64,000 nucleotides of DNA, from IMG/VR virus record IMGVR_UViG_3300020477_001008, positions 124,001-188,000 of that record; one strand, 5' to 3'. Below, piece by piece: positions 28,585 to 38,765 of the stretch; within the stretch, counting starts at the first letter, position 1; every line of letters begins with the position of its first letter. The position numbers were made by a program, and so were the translations under genes. The notes beneath the pieces are model-generated. The model was given only the letters and a program-made list of their open reading frames with translations, was not told the DNA's origin and ran no database searches.

Positions 28585-28634
28585 ACCCCGCTGTATGACC
28601 CTTAAAATGCGTTTATTACCGTGGAAAATGCTAA

Positions 28635-29006
28635 TTAATCGTCTGTTTTCTTAATTAAGCTAATATTACGTCTTATAATACGTTTCTTTAAAACATTGTT
28701 TAAACTAGTGGCTGGACCAAAAACTACCTCTGTATCTTTAGTAGTGAACGTCTTAATATAACCTCTAAATTCTTCAAATTCTCTATTTAAAAATATATTA
28801 ATAGGAATGGTTCTATTAGACTCCCACCACCAAACTTCACCTAATTCTAGGAATAGTTGCTTTTTGTTATGATCTTTAATTTCATCATATACATAGATTG
28901 ATGTTACATACTGATCTTGATTGAGTAATATACCTACATATTCGTTATTACTGTGTCTAATACAGCTTAAAAACGGAAATTTTTCTTGTAACTCTGCGTA
29001 TTCCAT
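28635..29006 (-). CDS. conserved hypothetical protein
   Basis: 123 aa; one of the few minus-strand genes; WWWESNR.IPINIFL. Confidence 0.75.
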   Translation of the reverse strand: MEYAELQEKFPFLSCIRHSNNEYVGILLNQDQYVTSIYVYDEIKDHNKKQLFLELGEVWWWESNRTIPINIFLNREFEEFRGYIKTFTTKDTEVVFGPATSLNNVLKKRIIRRNISLIKKTDD

Positions 29007-29016
29007 AAATATTAAT

Positions 29017-29817
29017 ATGTCCAGTTCATATACAGTATATATCTTAGATAAAACTTATACACTAGCGGTACCAACTTCGTTAAATAGTAATATGCCAATG
29101 TATGACAAAACAATATTACTATATTCTGGTACAGATAACAAGATAAATTTTAATCTAGTTAACTCTGATAATAAACCCTACGACTTAACAAGTCAATCGG
29201 CTTATTTTAGTATGTCAGATATAGAAAACAATGAAACTGTATTAGCAAAGCAATTAACTATTAGTGATGCTACTAGGGGTATATGTCATACCACAGTTTT
29301 AGTTAGTGAATTGTATAATTTAGCACCTGGCTTATATCATTTCTCATCTTATGTTCAAAATGCCTCAGGTGCAAAAACACTAGTTCATACAGATAGAGCC
29401 GGTGATGCCGTAGGAGTAGTAGAAATCAAAGGCGATAGTTTTCCAACAGCAAGATCAACAAAAGTAGCAAACACGTGGTCAGTAAGAGGTGGATGGAATT
29501 ATAGTAATAATCTGTCAGGCTCATCTGAACAAAACCTTACATCAAGAGCTCATACAATAGCAATATACACTACAAACTTTAATGGTAATGTAGCTATTGA
29601 AGGCAATATGGATGACACAGCTAGTACCAATGATGATCATTGGTTTGTAATACCAATTCAAGGTATGGGTACAACACAAACACAATTTACGCCAGCTTCG
29701 GCTGATCCAAAAATTGATCCATATCAATTTAATACTGCCGTAAGATGGATTAGAGTAAAATGGAAAGCGGCAACTGGAAACACAGGAACCTTTGATCAAA
29801 TGCTATTAAGAAATTAA
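29017..29817 (+). CDS. putative virion structural protein (BppU-like Ig/baseplate N-domain)
   Basis: True start 29017 (TAAATA-N5-ATG); INFNLVNSDNKPYDLT and DATRG...T motifs; beta-rich. Confidence 0.6.
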   Translation: MSSSYTVYILDKTYTLAVPTSLNSNMPMYDKTILLYSGTDNKINFNLVNSDNKPYDLTSQSAYFSMSDIENNETVLAKQLTISDATRGICHTTVLVSELYNLAPGLYHFSSYVQNASGAKTLVHTDRAGDAVGVVEIKGDSFPTARSTKVANTWSVRGGWNYSNNLSGSSEQNLTSRAHTIAIYTTNFNGNVAIEGNMDDTASTNDDHWFVIPIQGMGTTQTQFTPASADPKIDPYQFNTAVRWIRVKWKAATGNTGTFDQMLLRN

Positions 29818-30776
29818 TGCTTGATCTTTTATATAGCGACATAAATCCACAAGATAAAAAATGTTATCAGGCTTACATAAGCAGTGATGCAGGATCTGAA
29901 CGTTCTAATATAGTTCGTTTATCTTTTGAAACATTTAATAGTAAAGAAGATTTTGAAACTCGTTGTTTGAATGTAGCCTTTTCAGATTACACAAAACAAG
30001 TAACATCAGGACAACCTTTTAATGGTATATCGTTAGTAGTTGCAAATGATTTTGGATTAGGTGGTAAAGCTATTGATAAGCAAATTGTATTCTTAATTAA
30101 TTTTTTAACAAAAAAATATAATTTAAAAGTTTATCCATCTGCAGGAGTCCCTCAACATATTATAAACAAATTAAAAGAAGTACAATGGCCACCTGATGTA
30201 GATATGTGTGAACCAGATTATATGAGTTTACTTCATACAATATTAGCAACAAAAAAAGCAATTGGTAGAAATTTATTATCAGTATATTTTGACTATGATT
30301 ATGAAGATAGTTTTAATCAATTTTTTAAATATTATCATATTGATGTTGTAGATGATCCAAAAGATGCAGTTCTTATTACAGACAAATATATTGATTTTGA
30401 TAGAGCAAAAGAAATAGTTAAGTTAAAACCAGAAATAGTTATTAGTTTTAATGATGCTTGTATTTGGGAAAGTAGTATTAATGATGCTCCAATGGCATTA
30501 TTAAGAGTAAACAACATAGATTTAATTCCATCTGGTATTACAAAACTTGGAAACAGCTTAATTGCTGATAATTTTGTTAATAATTTACGTTCAATTGAGC
30601 AAACTTTTAAATTAATTGAAACAACTGGATTGCGAGTAGAAAAACTTTGGAAATATGCATTGGAACAAAGAATAAATTTCAATGATGTTGTATCAGAAAT
30701 AGCCAAAGCAAAAATAGCCACAAATAGGTTCAAATTAGAAACACACGATGTTGGTGTTAATATATATAAAGCTTAA
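29817..30776 (+). CDS. hypothetical protein, possibly a degenerate Glu/Leu/Phe/Val dehydrogenase fold
   Basis: GLGGKAI and C-terminal ..IDLIP....LGN.LIA...I..T......K.A....I....V...IAK.KI pattern; no GxGxxG. Confidence 0.35.
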   Translation: MLDLLYSDINPQDKKCYQAYISSDAGSERSNIVRLSFETFNSKEDFETRCLNVAFSDYTKQVTSGQPFNGISLVVANDFGLGGKAIDKQIVFLINFLTKKYNLKVYPSAGVPQHIINKLKEVQWPPDVDMCEPDYMSLLHTILATKKAIGRNLLSVYFDYDYEDSFNQFFKYYHIDVVDDPKDAVLITDKYIDFDRAKEIVKLKPEIVISFNDACIWESSINDAPMALLRVNNIDLIPSGITKLGNSLIADNFVNNLRSIEQTFKLIETTGLRVEKLWKYALEQRINFNDVVSEIAKAKIATNRFKLETHDVGVNIYKA

Positions 30777-30781
30777 ATTAA

Positions 30782-30810
30782 TTGACTTTTAGATAGCTTT
30801 CACGTATAAT
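30782..30810 (+). promoter_or_regulatory. sigma70 promoter of the primase gene
   Basis: TTGACT-N17-TATAAT(30805-10)-N7-ATG(30818). Confidence 0.75.
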
Positions 30811-30817
30811 AACATTA

Positions 30818-31816
30818 ATGAATTTACAATCTACAATTTTAGCATTTATTGGTGGTAAACATAAAAAAACACCATCAGGTTGGCACACTATTAATTGTCC
30901 AATGTGTGTAACTCAAGGGCATTCTGCAGACAAAAGAAGACGTGGTGGATTTAAATTCAGCGAAGTTTCAAGCTATCATTGTTTTAATTGTGGATATAAA
31001 GCATCATATACAGCCGGAAGATTAATAGGACGTAAAATGCGTGACTTATTAATTAATATTGGAGTACCAGAAGCAACAGTAAAAGAATTACAATTACTTG
31101 CAATGAAAGAAAAAGACGATAATGTAATTGTTAATAAACAAACCCACTATGCAAATGATTTTGAAGAAAAACAATTACCAAAAAATTCAGTATTATTAAG
31201 TGAAATTATTAAAGGTGCAAATCCACCTGCTAGTGCTTTATTTGTTTACAAATATTTAATGGATAGAGGTTTAGATTTTTATGATAAGTTTTATTGGAGT
31301 TCAGATCCATATATGAAAATTAATGAAAGAGTTATTATACCATTTTATGCTAATGGAAAATTAGTAGGATATACAGCTAGAATTATAAGAAATTATGATA
31401 ATGTACCAAAATATTATTCAGTAGTACAACCTGGATACATTTATAATTTTGATCACTTGTATAAAGATAGAAAATATATTATAATAACAGAAGGTGTGTT
31501 AGATGCACTTGCAATAGATTCAGTAAGTTCTTTAGGAAATAAGCTTACACAAGGACAAATAGATTTAATTAATAGCATTGGCAAAACTGTCATTGTTTGT
31601 CCAGACAGAGATAAGTCTGGAGGAAATTTAATTGATGTTGCTGTTGAAAACAACTGGCTAGTAAGTTTTCCACAATGGGAAAACAATATTAAAGATTGTG
31701 CAGAAGCAGTAAATAATTATGGGAGATTATATACAGTACAGTCTGTAATAAATGGTGCTATAGGTAATATAGCAAAAATTAAAGTTTTGAAAAGAATAGG
31801 AGCCACTAATGGTTAA
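30818..31816 (+). CDS. DNA primase (gp61/DnaG-like)
   Basis: Zn ribbon CPMC...HCFNCG, RVIIPF, TOPRIM ITEGVLDA and PDRD. Confidence 0.92.
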   Translation: MNLQSTILAFIGGKHKKTPSGWHTINCPMCVTQGHSADKRRRGGFKFSEVSSYHCFNCGYKASYTAGRLIGRKMRDLLINIGVPEATVKELQLLAMKEKDDNVIVNKQTHYANDFEEKQLPKNSVLLSEIIKGANPPASALFVYKYLMDRGLDFYDKFYWSSDPYMKINERVIIPFYANGKLVGYTARIIRNYDNVPKYYSVVQPGYIYNFDHLYKDRKYIIITEGVLDALAIDSVSSLGNKLTQGQIDLINSIGKTVIVCPDRDKSGGNLIDVAVENNWLVSFPQWENNIKDCAEAVNNYGRLYTVQSVINGAIGNIAKIKVLKRIGATNG

Positions 31817-32417
31817 AGAAAGTAAGAAAGATAAAGATAAAAACGCACAACCAAAGCAACCACAACAACCAATGCAACCAGGTATGTTAATGTGGGAAGC
31901 TGGAATAATGTATTTCAGTGATGGTTTTGATAGCCAAACAACGAAGCCAGTAATTCAAGCAATTATTGAAAAGAATTTAATGCCAGATTCACAAAGGCCA
32001 AAAGAATTAACGTTGGTGGTTAATTCACCAGGTGGACAAGTACATTCAGCATTTGCATTAATAGACACAATGAAAGGATCAGCAATTCCTGTAAAGACAG
32101 TAGGACTTGGTATGATAGCAAGTTGTGGATTGCTAACTTTTATGAGTGGTCATAAAGGACGTAGGGTTATTACACCAAACACGTCTATATTATCACACCA
32201 ATACAGTTGGGGATCTGGTGGTAAAGAACACGAACTATTTGCAAGAGTAAGAGAGTTTGAATTGAGTACAGCAAGAATGTTAGAACATTATAAAAAATGT
32301 ACAGGTTTAAGCGAAAAGAAAGTTAGAGATATTTTATTACCACCTGAAGACAGATGGTTAAGTGCCAAAGAAGCAGTCAAGTATGGTATTGCAGATAAAA
32401 TTGTATCAACATATTAG
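31809..32417 (+). CDS. clpP: ATP-dependent Clp protease proteolytic subunit ClpP-like
   Basis: VNSPGG, catalytic Ser (IASCG), His (LSHQ), Asp (EDRWLSAKEA.KYGIAD). Confidence 0.9.
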   Translation: MVKESKKDKDKNAQPKQPQQPMQPGMLMWEAGIMYFSDGFDSQTTKPVIQAIIEKNLMPDSQRPKELTLVVNSPGGQVHSAFALIDTMKGSAIPVKTVGLGMIASCGLLTFMSGHKGRRVITPNTSILSHQYSWGSGGKEHELFARVREFELSTARMLEHYKKCTGLSEKKVRDILLPPEDRWLSAKEAVKYGIADKIVSTY

Positions 32418-32426
32418 GAGAATAAA

Positions 32427-33077
32427 TTGAAAGTCACATTAGTTGACAAAATGGGAACAGACTTAACGGTAGTAAATGCCGCTAGAGTAAGTTATGCAAA
32501 AACTAAAGAGAAGTTTGACGATAAAGATAAAAAGTTAATTAGCTATCTTGCAAAACACAATCATTGGTCACCATTTGCACACGCAAGTTTACAATTTAGA
32601 ATTAAGGCTCCTATTTTTGTAGCAAGGCAATTGGTTAAGCATCAAGTTGGTTTAAGTTGGAATGAAGTTAGCAGACGTTATGTTAATTATACACCTGAGT
32701 TATATGATATAGAAACTTGGAGAGGTAAGCCAGAAAATTCAAAACAAGGTTCTGGAGGTGAAATAAAACTTAATAGAAGATTAGCAAACGCAGTAGCAAT
32801 GGCTATGAAAAAATGTACAGTTGCTTATGTTGAATTAATTGAAAAAGGAGTTGCACCAGAAATGGCAAGAGCTGTTTTACCACAAAGTATGATGACTGAA
32901 TGGTATTGGAGTGGAAGTTTATATGCATTTGCTAGAGTATGTAATTTAAGATGTGCAAAAGATACACAGTTAGAAACACAAGAAGTGGCTAATAAAATTG
33001 ATAAAATTTGCAATAAAGAGTTCCCACATAGTTGGAAATACTTGCGAAACTTAGATGAAGAGGTTATAATAAAATAA
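32427..33077 (+). CDS. thyX: flavin-dependent thymidylate synthase
   Basis: VVNAARVSY, HWSPFAH, ARQLVKHQ..SWNEVSRRY, EMARAVLP; TTG start after AGGAG. Confidence 0.95.
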   Translation: MKVTLVDKMGTDLTVVNAARVSYAKTKEKFDDKDKKLISYLAKHNHWSPFAHASLQFRIKAPIFVARQLVKHQVGLSWNEVSRRYVNYTPELYDIETWRGKPENSKQGSGGEIKLNRRLANAVAMAMKKCTVAYVELIEKGVAPEMARAVLPQSMMTEWYWSGSLYAFARVCNLRCAKDTQLETQEVANKIDKICNKEFPHSWKYLRNLDEEVIIK

Positions 33078-34480
33078 TGGCAACAGTATATACAGACGAT
33101 TTACAAAAATTATTTTTAGAGTTTATGATAACTGACCCTGAGTTATTTGTAAGAGCTAGAAATATTATTAGTCCAGTTTATTTTAGTAAAAAGTATTTTG
33201 AAACAGTTTCAATGTTTGTTGAACACGCAGAGAAATATAAAACATTACCAACAATTGATCAAATTAAAGCTAAATGTGAAATAGAATTAACACCAGTACC
33301 TAATATCGATGAAACACAGAAGCAATGGTTCTTAGATGAATTTGAAACATTTTGTAGACACAAAGCATTAGAAAGAGCAATTATAGATTCAGCTGACTTG
33401 TTAGAAAAAGGTGATTACGGTCCTGTTGAAGAAAAAATTAAAGACGCAGTAAGGATCGGGCTTACAAAAGATTTAGGAACAGATTATTTTGAAGATCCAA
33501 AAGCAAGATTAATGGCACTTAAAAATAACAATGGAACAATTAAAACTGGTTGGTCTATGTTAGATAAAAAATTATATGGTGGATTTAATAAAGGTGAATT
33601 AACAATATTTGCAGGATCATCTGGAGCAGGTAAAAGTTTATTTTTACAAAATTTGGCATTAAATTGGATAGGTCAAAAATTAAATGTTTTATATTTTACA
33701 TTTGAGTTAAGTGAAGAATTAAGTGCAATGAGATTAGATGCAATGGTAACAGGAACACCAACTAATGAGATATTTAAAAAAATAGAAGATGTTGATTTAG
33801 CAGTTAGATTAGAAAAAACTAAATCAGGAAATTTCCAAGTAAAATATATGCCATCTGGTAGTACTACTAATGATTTACGTTCATTTGTTAAAGAGTATAC
33901 TATACAAAAAGGCGTAGCACCAGACGTAGTTTTAGTTGACTATTTAGATTTAATGATGCCAATTAGTAAAAGAATATCACCAACAGAATTGTTTATTAAA
34001 GATAAATTTGTGTCTGAAGAATTAAGAAATTTTGCAGTAGAACAACAAATAGTATTAGTAACAGCATCACAATTAAACAGAGGTGCAATAGAAGAAGTAG
34101 AATATGATCAAAGTCATATAGCAGGTGGTATTAGTAAAATTAATACAGCAGATAATTTAATAGGTATTTTTACAAGTAGAGCTATGCGTGAAAGAGGCAG
34201 ATATCAAATACAATTAATTAAAACTAGATCAAGTGGTGGTGTAGGAAGTAAAATTGATTTAGCATTTGATATTGATAGATTAAGAATTACTGACTTAAAT
34301 GAAGATGATGAGGAGATTTTACCAACATCATCAGACGCTTTAGTTCAGTCAATTAAGAAAAGATCATCCACAGTAACAGACAAATCAGAAGGTTCAGTAG
34401 TGGCCGAAAAGACGGAAATTACTAAAGGATTACGTGATTTATTAAAGTCACAACGTCAAACCTTTGATAATACCCAATAA
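33077..34480 (+). CDS. replicative DnaB-like helicase (gp41-like)
   Basis: GGFNKGELTIFAGSSGAGKS, FELSEE, VDYLDL and TASQLNR; TTGCGA-N17-TATAAT-N6-ATG. Confidence 0.93.
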   Translation: MATVYTDDLQKLFLEFMITDPELFVRARNIISPVYFSKKYFETVSMFVEHAEKYKTLPTIDQIKAKCEIELTPVPNIDETQKQWFLDEFETFCRHKALERAIIDSADLLEKGDYGPVEEKIKDAVRIGLTKDLGTDYFEDPKARLMALKNNNGTIKTGWSMLDKKLYGGFNKGELTIFAGSSGAGKSLFLQNLALNWIGQKLNVLYFTFELSEELSAMRLDAMVTGTPTNEIFKKIEDVDLAVRLEKTKSGNFQVKYMPSGSTTNDLRSFVKEYTIQKGVAPDVVLVDYLDLMMPISKRISPTELFIKDKFVSEELRNFAVEQQIVLVTASQLNRGAIEEVEYDQSHIAGGISKINTADNLIGIFTSRAMRERGRYQIQLIKTRSSGGVGSKIDLAFDIDRLRITDLNEDDEEILPTSSDALVQSIKKRSSTVTDKSEGSVVAEKTEITKGLRDLLKSQRQTFDNTQ

Positions 34481-34538
34481 ATGCTGTTAATTTTTTGTAA
34501 AAATGTAATAAATATTTCATAAGGCGGTAATTTAAGCT

Positions 34539-34799
34539 ATGAAGAAACATACACGTACCATATTACAAGAAATTAGCAGAGTAGTTCCTGCTACAGATAT
34601 GAATAATTTAGTTGAGACTCGTGCTGGCCACGTTATATCATCAGCAATTAATATCACTAAAATGATATATGAATCATATGATGAAGCAGTTGCTGACGAT
34701 TTAGTAAAGAGATTTGTTAATAGCATTAAGACAGCAGATCCAAAGAAATTTGAGCGTGGTATAAAAAAGTTAAATGAGTCCAATAACAATGAAAGCTAA
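34539..34799 (+). CDS. hypothetical protein
   Basis: 86 aa; TAAATA at 34509-14 upstream. Confidence 0.7.
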   Translation: MKKHTRTILQEISRVVPATDMNNLVETRAGHVISSAINITKMIYESYDEAVADDLVKRFVNSIKTADPKKFERGIKKLNESNNNES

Positions 34800-36675
34800 T
34801 GATTTATTACAAGAAAATCCAAATCTTCATCTTACACACCTTGAAGATTTAGCCTTATTTCAAGGTAAAGCAGGTGCCACTAGAGCAGTTGCATTTTTAA
34901 GAAATTTAGCCAATTTAGCCAAAACATCAAGTACTAAAAAATTTAATGTAACAATTAAATGGGACGGGTCACCAGCAATAGTATGTGGTACTGATCCTAG
35001 TGATGGAAAGTTTTTTGTTGCAACAAAAAGTGCATTTAATAAAGATGCAAAACTTAATAAGAGTATAGACGATATTAGAGTTAATCATCCTGATGCAGGG
35101 GAAACTAGCAAACAAGGATTAAGAGATAAACTAGTACAAGCATTTAATAGTTTACAAAAACTAGGTATAAAAAATGTATTACAAGGTGATTTACTTTGGA
35201 CTAAAGGAGATTTAAAAACAATAAATTACCAAGGCGAATCTTATATTGCTTTTAAACCAAATACAATAACTTATGCTGTTCCACAAAGTATGGATCTAGC
35301 AAAACAAATACAACAAGCAAATTTAGGTATTGTTTTTCATACAAGCTATTCAGGAAAAAGTTTAGATAGTATGACAGCAAGTTTTGATATTGATATAGAA
35401 GGTTTAAACAAAACACCTGATGTATGGTTTGATGATGCTTACATAAAAGATTTTACAGGAGTTGTAAATCTTACAAAAGGTGAGTATGCTAATATAACTC
35501 AAGCTATTAATGATGCTGAAAAATATATTAACTCATCAGGTAATATTTTTGATTTTTTAGAAGCTAGTGAGTTAGGAAAAAATTTTCAACAATTAGTTCA
35601 CGCCAATCATAACAATATGATTAAAGCTGGAGAAATTACACAAGACCCTTTAGCATTCTTTTATAACTTTGCAAAAGATTACGAAGCAAGAGTTGAAAAA
35701 GAAATTGCAAAATTAAAAACAGGCAGAGAAGGTCCAGCTGGGCAAAGAAAATTATTAGCATTAGAACAATGGCGAAATTATTATATGGCTAATAAGAAAA
35801 ATATTCAAAATTGGTATAGTGCTTGGTTAAAGTTAACAGCAATCAAAAACACATTATATCAAAAACTAAAAAATATAAAATCAATTGATGCTTTTGAATT
35901 ACAAGGCGATGAATATGTTGTAAGAGATCAAGAAGGATTTGTTGCAGTTGACCACGTAGGTAATGCAGTTAAAGTTGTAGATAGATTAGATTTTAGTAGA
36001 AAGAATTTTGCTAAAGAAAGTTTATCATTAGTTAATGATTTAAGTGAAAGCAGAGCTTTTAGATCTAGACAAGATTTAGGAAAAAATTCAGCATATGAAA
36101 ATGGTGAATTAGTTTATGCTTATTGTTTAGCATTACTAGTTTTAACAGGTGAATACAAATATCAAAAAATGGCAAGAAATTATATTATTAGAAGTATGAG
36201 TTATGGTAATTATGATTTTTTTAGAACTAATGGAACAGATTTATATTTGTTATTACATAGTATAGTTGGTTCAGGATCTATTGTACAATTTGACGATACA
36301 TCAAGTAAAAATTATATTGAAAGACTACAAAGACAATACACTGATATAAATCAATTATTAAGATATATTTCTAATGACAACTTTTCAAGAAAACAAACGT
36401 CAACTATGCTAATAAGGTTAGAATCACAATTAGCAATAAGATCACGTGATTTAAAAAAAATAAGAAGATTTGCATCTGATTGGGACCGTTTAAAACAAAA
36501 AGAAAAGTATAATGTTGCAATTGATATAATGCATTATATAAGAGACCATTCTCCTAAAAGTGAACTTTATGGAATATTACAAAATATGGTTAAAGAAAGA
36601 AACTTACAAGATAGGCATAATGTAAGACAAAAATCATTGCCTAGAAACGTGGCGGTAGGAGCAATAAGAAGATAA
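34789..36675 (+). CDS. protein with ligase-type nucleotidyltransferase motifs (RNA-ligase-like N-domain) plus helical C-domain
   Basis: Motif I KWDGSP, III QGDL, IV QEGFVAV, V VKVV; likely start 34789 (MKANDLLQE). Confidence 0.55.
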   Translation: MKANDLLQENPNLHLTHLEDLALFQGKAGATRAVAFLRNLANLAKTSSTKKFNVTIKWDGSPAIVCGTDPSDGKFFVATKSAFNKDAKLNKSIDDIRVNHPDAGETSKQGLRDKLVQAFNSLQKLGIKNVLQGDLLWTKGDLKTINYQGESYIAFKPNTITYAVPQSMDLAKQIQQANLGIVFHTSYSGKSLDSMTASFDIDIEGLNKTPDVWFDDAYIKDFTGVVNLTKGEYANITQAINDAEKYINSSGNIFDFLEASELGKNFQQLVHANHNNMIKAGEITQDPLAFFYNFAKDYEARVEKEIAKLKTGREGPAGQRKLLALEQWRNYYMANKKNIQNWYSAWLKLTAIKNTLYQKLKNIKSIDAFELQGDEYVVRDQEGFVAVDHVGNAVKVVDRLDFSRKNFAKESLSLVNDLSESRAFRSRQDLGKNSAYENGELVYAYCLALLVLTGEYKYQKMARNYIIRSMSYGNYDFFRTNGTDLYLLLHSIVGSGSIVQFDDTSSKNYIERLQRQYTDINQLLRYISNDNFSRKQTSTMLIRLESQLAIRSRDLKKIRRFASDWDRLKQKEKYNVAIDIMHYIRDHSPKSELYGILQNMVKERNLQDRHNVRQKSLPRNVAVGAIRR

Positions 36676-37049
36676 TGTATTCTCTAAATACTAATAAAAA
36701 TCAGTATATGCAAGTAAGTGAAGATCTTGAAGTATATAAACTAATTACAACGTTACCAATTGATTATCAAAATAACGATTTAGATCACGATAAGCAAAAA
36801 GATTTTGATCATTTACATCAAATGATTACAATGTATGGTAAAATATTATTTTTTTCAAAACCACGTAAATCTACCTATAAAGGTAAGCAAGTTTATGAGG
36901 TAACATTTGGAGTTGAGCAAAAGAATTTATTTGAGCTTGGTGTAAATCCTGTGGGAGTGCTTGAAAATCGTCTAAATAACGTCGTTTTGTTTAGTGATAC
37001 TATATGCACACAAGGAGTAAATACAAATGTATGGATTACTAAATTTTAA
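36675..37049 (+). CDS. hypothetical protein
   Basis: 124 aa, coupled to the previous gene. Confidence 0.7.
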   Translation: MYSLNTNKNQYMQVSEDLEVYKLITTLPIDYQNNDLDHDKQKDFDHLHQMITMYGKILFFSKPRKSTYKGKQVYEVTFGVEQKNLFELGVNPVGVLENRLNNVVLFSDTICTQGVNTNVWITKF

Positions 37050-37063
37050 GGAGCATAGAGAAA

Positions 37064-37324
37064 ATGGATAAAGTACCACCAAAAGTAGTTACAGCACCAA
37101 AAACGCAGGATAGTGTTGAATTTGGTAGTTTGGAAGTTCACGTAGCTTTAAGTCGTGAAAGACACGAGGAAATTAACTCAAGGTTTGATAGAGTTGAAGC
37201 ACATATGATAAAAATTGAAGAAGAAGTAGACAAAGGCTTTGAAAAGATACAAAAAGTCGTTTTATGGTCTGCTGGTACAATGTTTTTCACATTAATATCT
37301 ATGTTTGTTTCAACACTCTTATAA
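37064..37324 (+). CDS. small coiled-coil protein with C-terminal TM helix
   Basis: SD AAGGAG; hydrophobic VVLWSAGTMFFTLISMFVSTLL. Confidence 0.7.
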   Translation: MDKVPPKVVTAPKTQDSVEFGSLEVHVALSRERHEEINSRFDRVEAHMIKIEEEVDKGFEKIQKVVLWSAGTMFFTLISMFVSTLL

Positions 37325-37335
37325 AAGGAATTACG

Positions 37336-37668
37336 ATGCTAATAAAAGACATAGTAGGCGAAGGCACACCGCAAATATACGGAAAGTATAAGCAATCTCT
37401 TAAGAGAAGATATAGATGCCAAACGGGTCCAAGAAAAGGCAGAATAGTAGCTGATCCGGCCACTTGTACAGCACCAATTAATATTCAAAAAAAACAACAG
37501 ATGAAAGCCACTAGAGCAAAACGTTCTACAATTCAAGGCAAGTTATCATCATATACTAAAAAATACAACCCAACTTCAAAAATTGCTAGAAAACTTAACA
37601 CGCAAGTTAAGAAAAGAAGACAACCAAAAATGAAAGCTTTAAAACCTATTAAGTTAGGAAAAAGATAA
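37336..37668 (+). CDS. highly basic protein, tandem paralog A
   Basis: True start 37336 after AAAGGA; YRC..G..KGRIV..P..C.AP and TKKYNP shared with the next gene. Confidence 0.75.
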   Translation: MLIKDIVGEGTPQIYGKYKQSLKRRYRCQTGPRKGRIVADPATCTAPINIQKKQQMKATRAKRSTIQGKLSSYTKKYNPTSKIARKLNTQVKKRRQPKMKALKPIKLGKR

Positions 37669-37669
37669 A

Positions 37670-37963
37670 ATGTTTATTAGTGATATTATAACTGACGGTA
37701 TACAAGAAGCTAAAATGATATATGGTCGTAAAGGTAAGACCGTAGTTAAAAAATATCGTTGTACATTTGGTAGAAAAAAGGGTAGGATTGTTAGCAATCC
37801 AAGTGTTTGTAGTGCCCCATTAGATATCAAAAAACGTTTTATTATGAAAAAAATGAAAGCAAGAATGGGTGCTAGATTACAAAGAAAAATCAAGTTTACT
37901 AAAAAGTATAATCCTGCTTCACGTAGGGTTAGAGCATTAAACAAGTCATTAAGACGAAAATAA
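37670..37963 (+). CDS. highly basic protein, tandem paralog B
   Basis: KKYRCTFGRKKGRIVSNPSVCSAP...TKKYNPASR. Confidence 0.75.
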   Translation: MFISDIITDGIQEAKMIYGRKGKTVVKKYRCTFGRKKGRIVSNPSVCSAPLDIKKRFIMKKMKARMGARLQRKIKFTKKYNPASRRVRALNKSLRRK

Positions 37964-38001
37964 TACTTGATCTTTGATAATAAATTTAGTATATTATTAG
38001 T

Positions 38002-38754
38002 ATGGGTATAAACATAAACAAAAATTTACCAGACAGAAGCGGTCCAGCATATAAGAGAAATAGAGAATTTTGCGTAGCAGGTTTTCCTGACTACCCTTCA
38101 CTTAATTCAGCTATAGAGCATTTTAGATTTATTAAGATCCTTTCAAAATGGGGTCCACCAGGAACAGTTAGAGCTGACTTTTTAGATCATATGGAACTAC
38201 AATTAAAGAAATTCAAAGGTCAAAAAGATGCACATAAAAAGAAAGTCCAACACGTAAGAGAAATGTTGGATAAATTTGATCATATAACTGATAAAGTTGT
38301 TAAACGTATAGTAATAAAAAACAAAAATAATCCAAATTTTAATGAAGCAGTATCTACTAAAAAACGTAATGATGGTGTTGAAGTAGGTAATTATGTTATT
38401 CAGGTTGTAAAACAAAAGTATAAAAGCTACGATATTATAAACAAGTTAAATCAAGATAAAATTTTTACTGAGATTAGGCTTTATGAATCAGCATATCTTA
38501 TTGTAAAAGCCTTAATAAATGGGGCTACTGTAGACTCTGAAGAAGTAGAAAACTTCTTAGATGAAAATGAAGAATACAATGAAATAGCTAAAAATATATG
38601 GCTTGAATCACGTAAATTACGTGATAAATCATTATCAGACGAAGATAAAGATGCGGCTAAACAGACTATAGACCACCTTGAAGATCAGCTATTTGATATA
38701 AAAACGCATATAACGAGCAATTACAATAGCGAAATTAATGGCGAAGATGTATAA
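38002..38754 (+). CDS. hypothetical protein
   Basis: 250 aa; TTGATC-N17-TATATT-N6-ATG. Confidence 0.75.
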   Translation: MGININKNLPDRSGPAYKRNREFCVAGFPDYPSLNSAIEHFRFIKILSKWGPPGTVRADFLDHMELQLKKFKGQKDAHKKKVQHVREMLDKFDHITDKVVKRIVIKNKNNPNFNEAVSTKKRNDGVEVGNYVIQVVKQKYKSYDIINKLNQDKIFTEIRLYESAYLIVKALINGATVDSEEVENFLDENEEYNEIAKNIWLESRKLRDKSLSDEDKDAAKQTIDHLEDQLFDIKTHITSNYNSEINGEDV

Positions 38755-38765
38755 ATAACTGTACT

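Noticed and set aside
28260-28620. Locally higher GC in the 3' half of the mini-dnaE gene, suggesting recent recombination
   Set aside because: Judged by eye only; a sliding-window GC/codon test is needed before making the claim.
28921-29016. ORF-track start of the 28921 ORF overlapping the minus-strand gene
   Set aside because: TAAATA-N5-ATG at 29017 removes the overlap and fits the genome-wide pattern.
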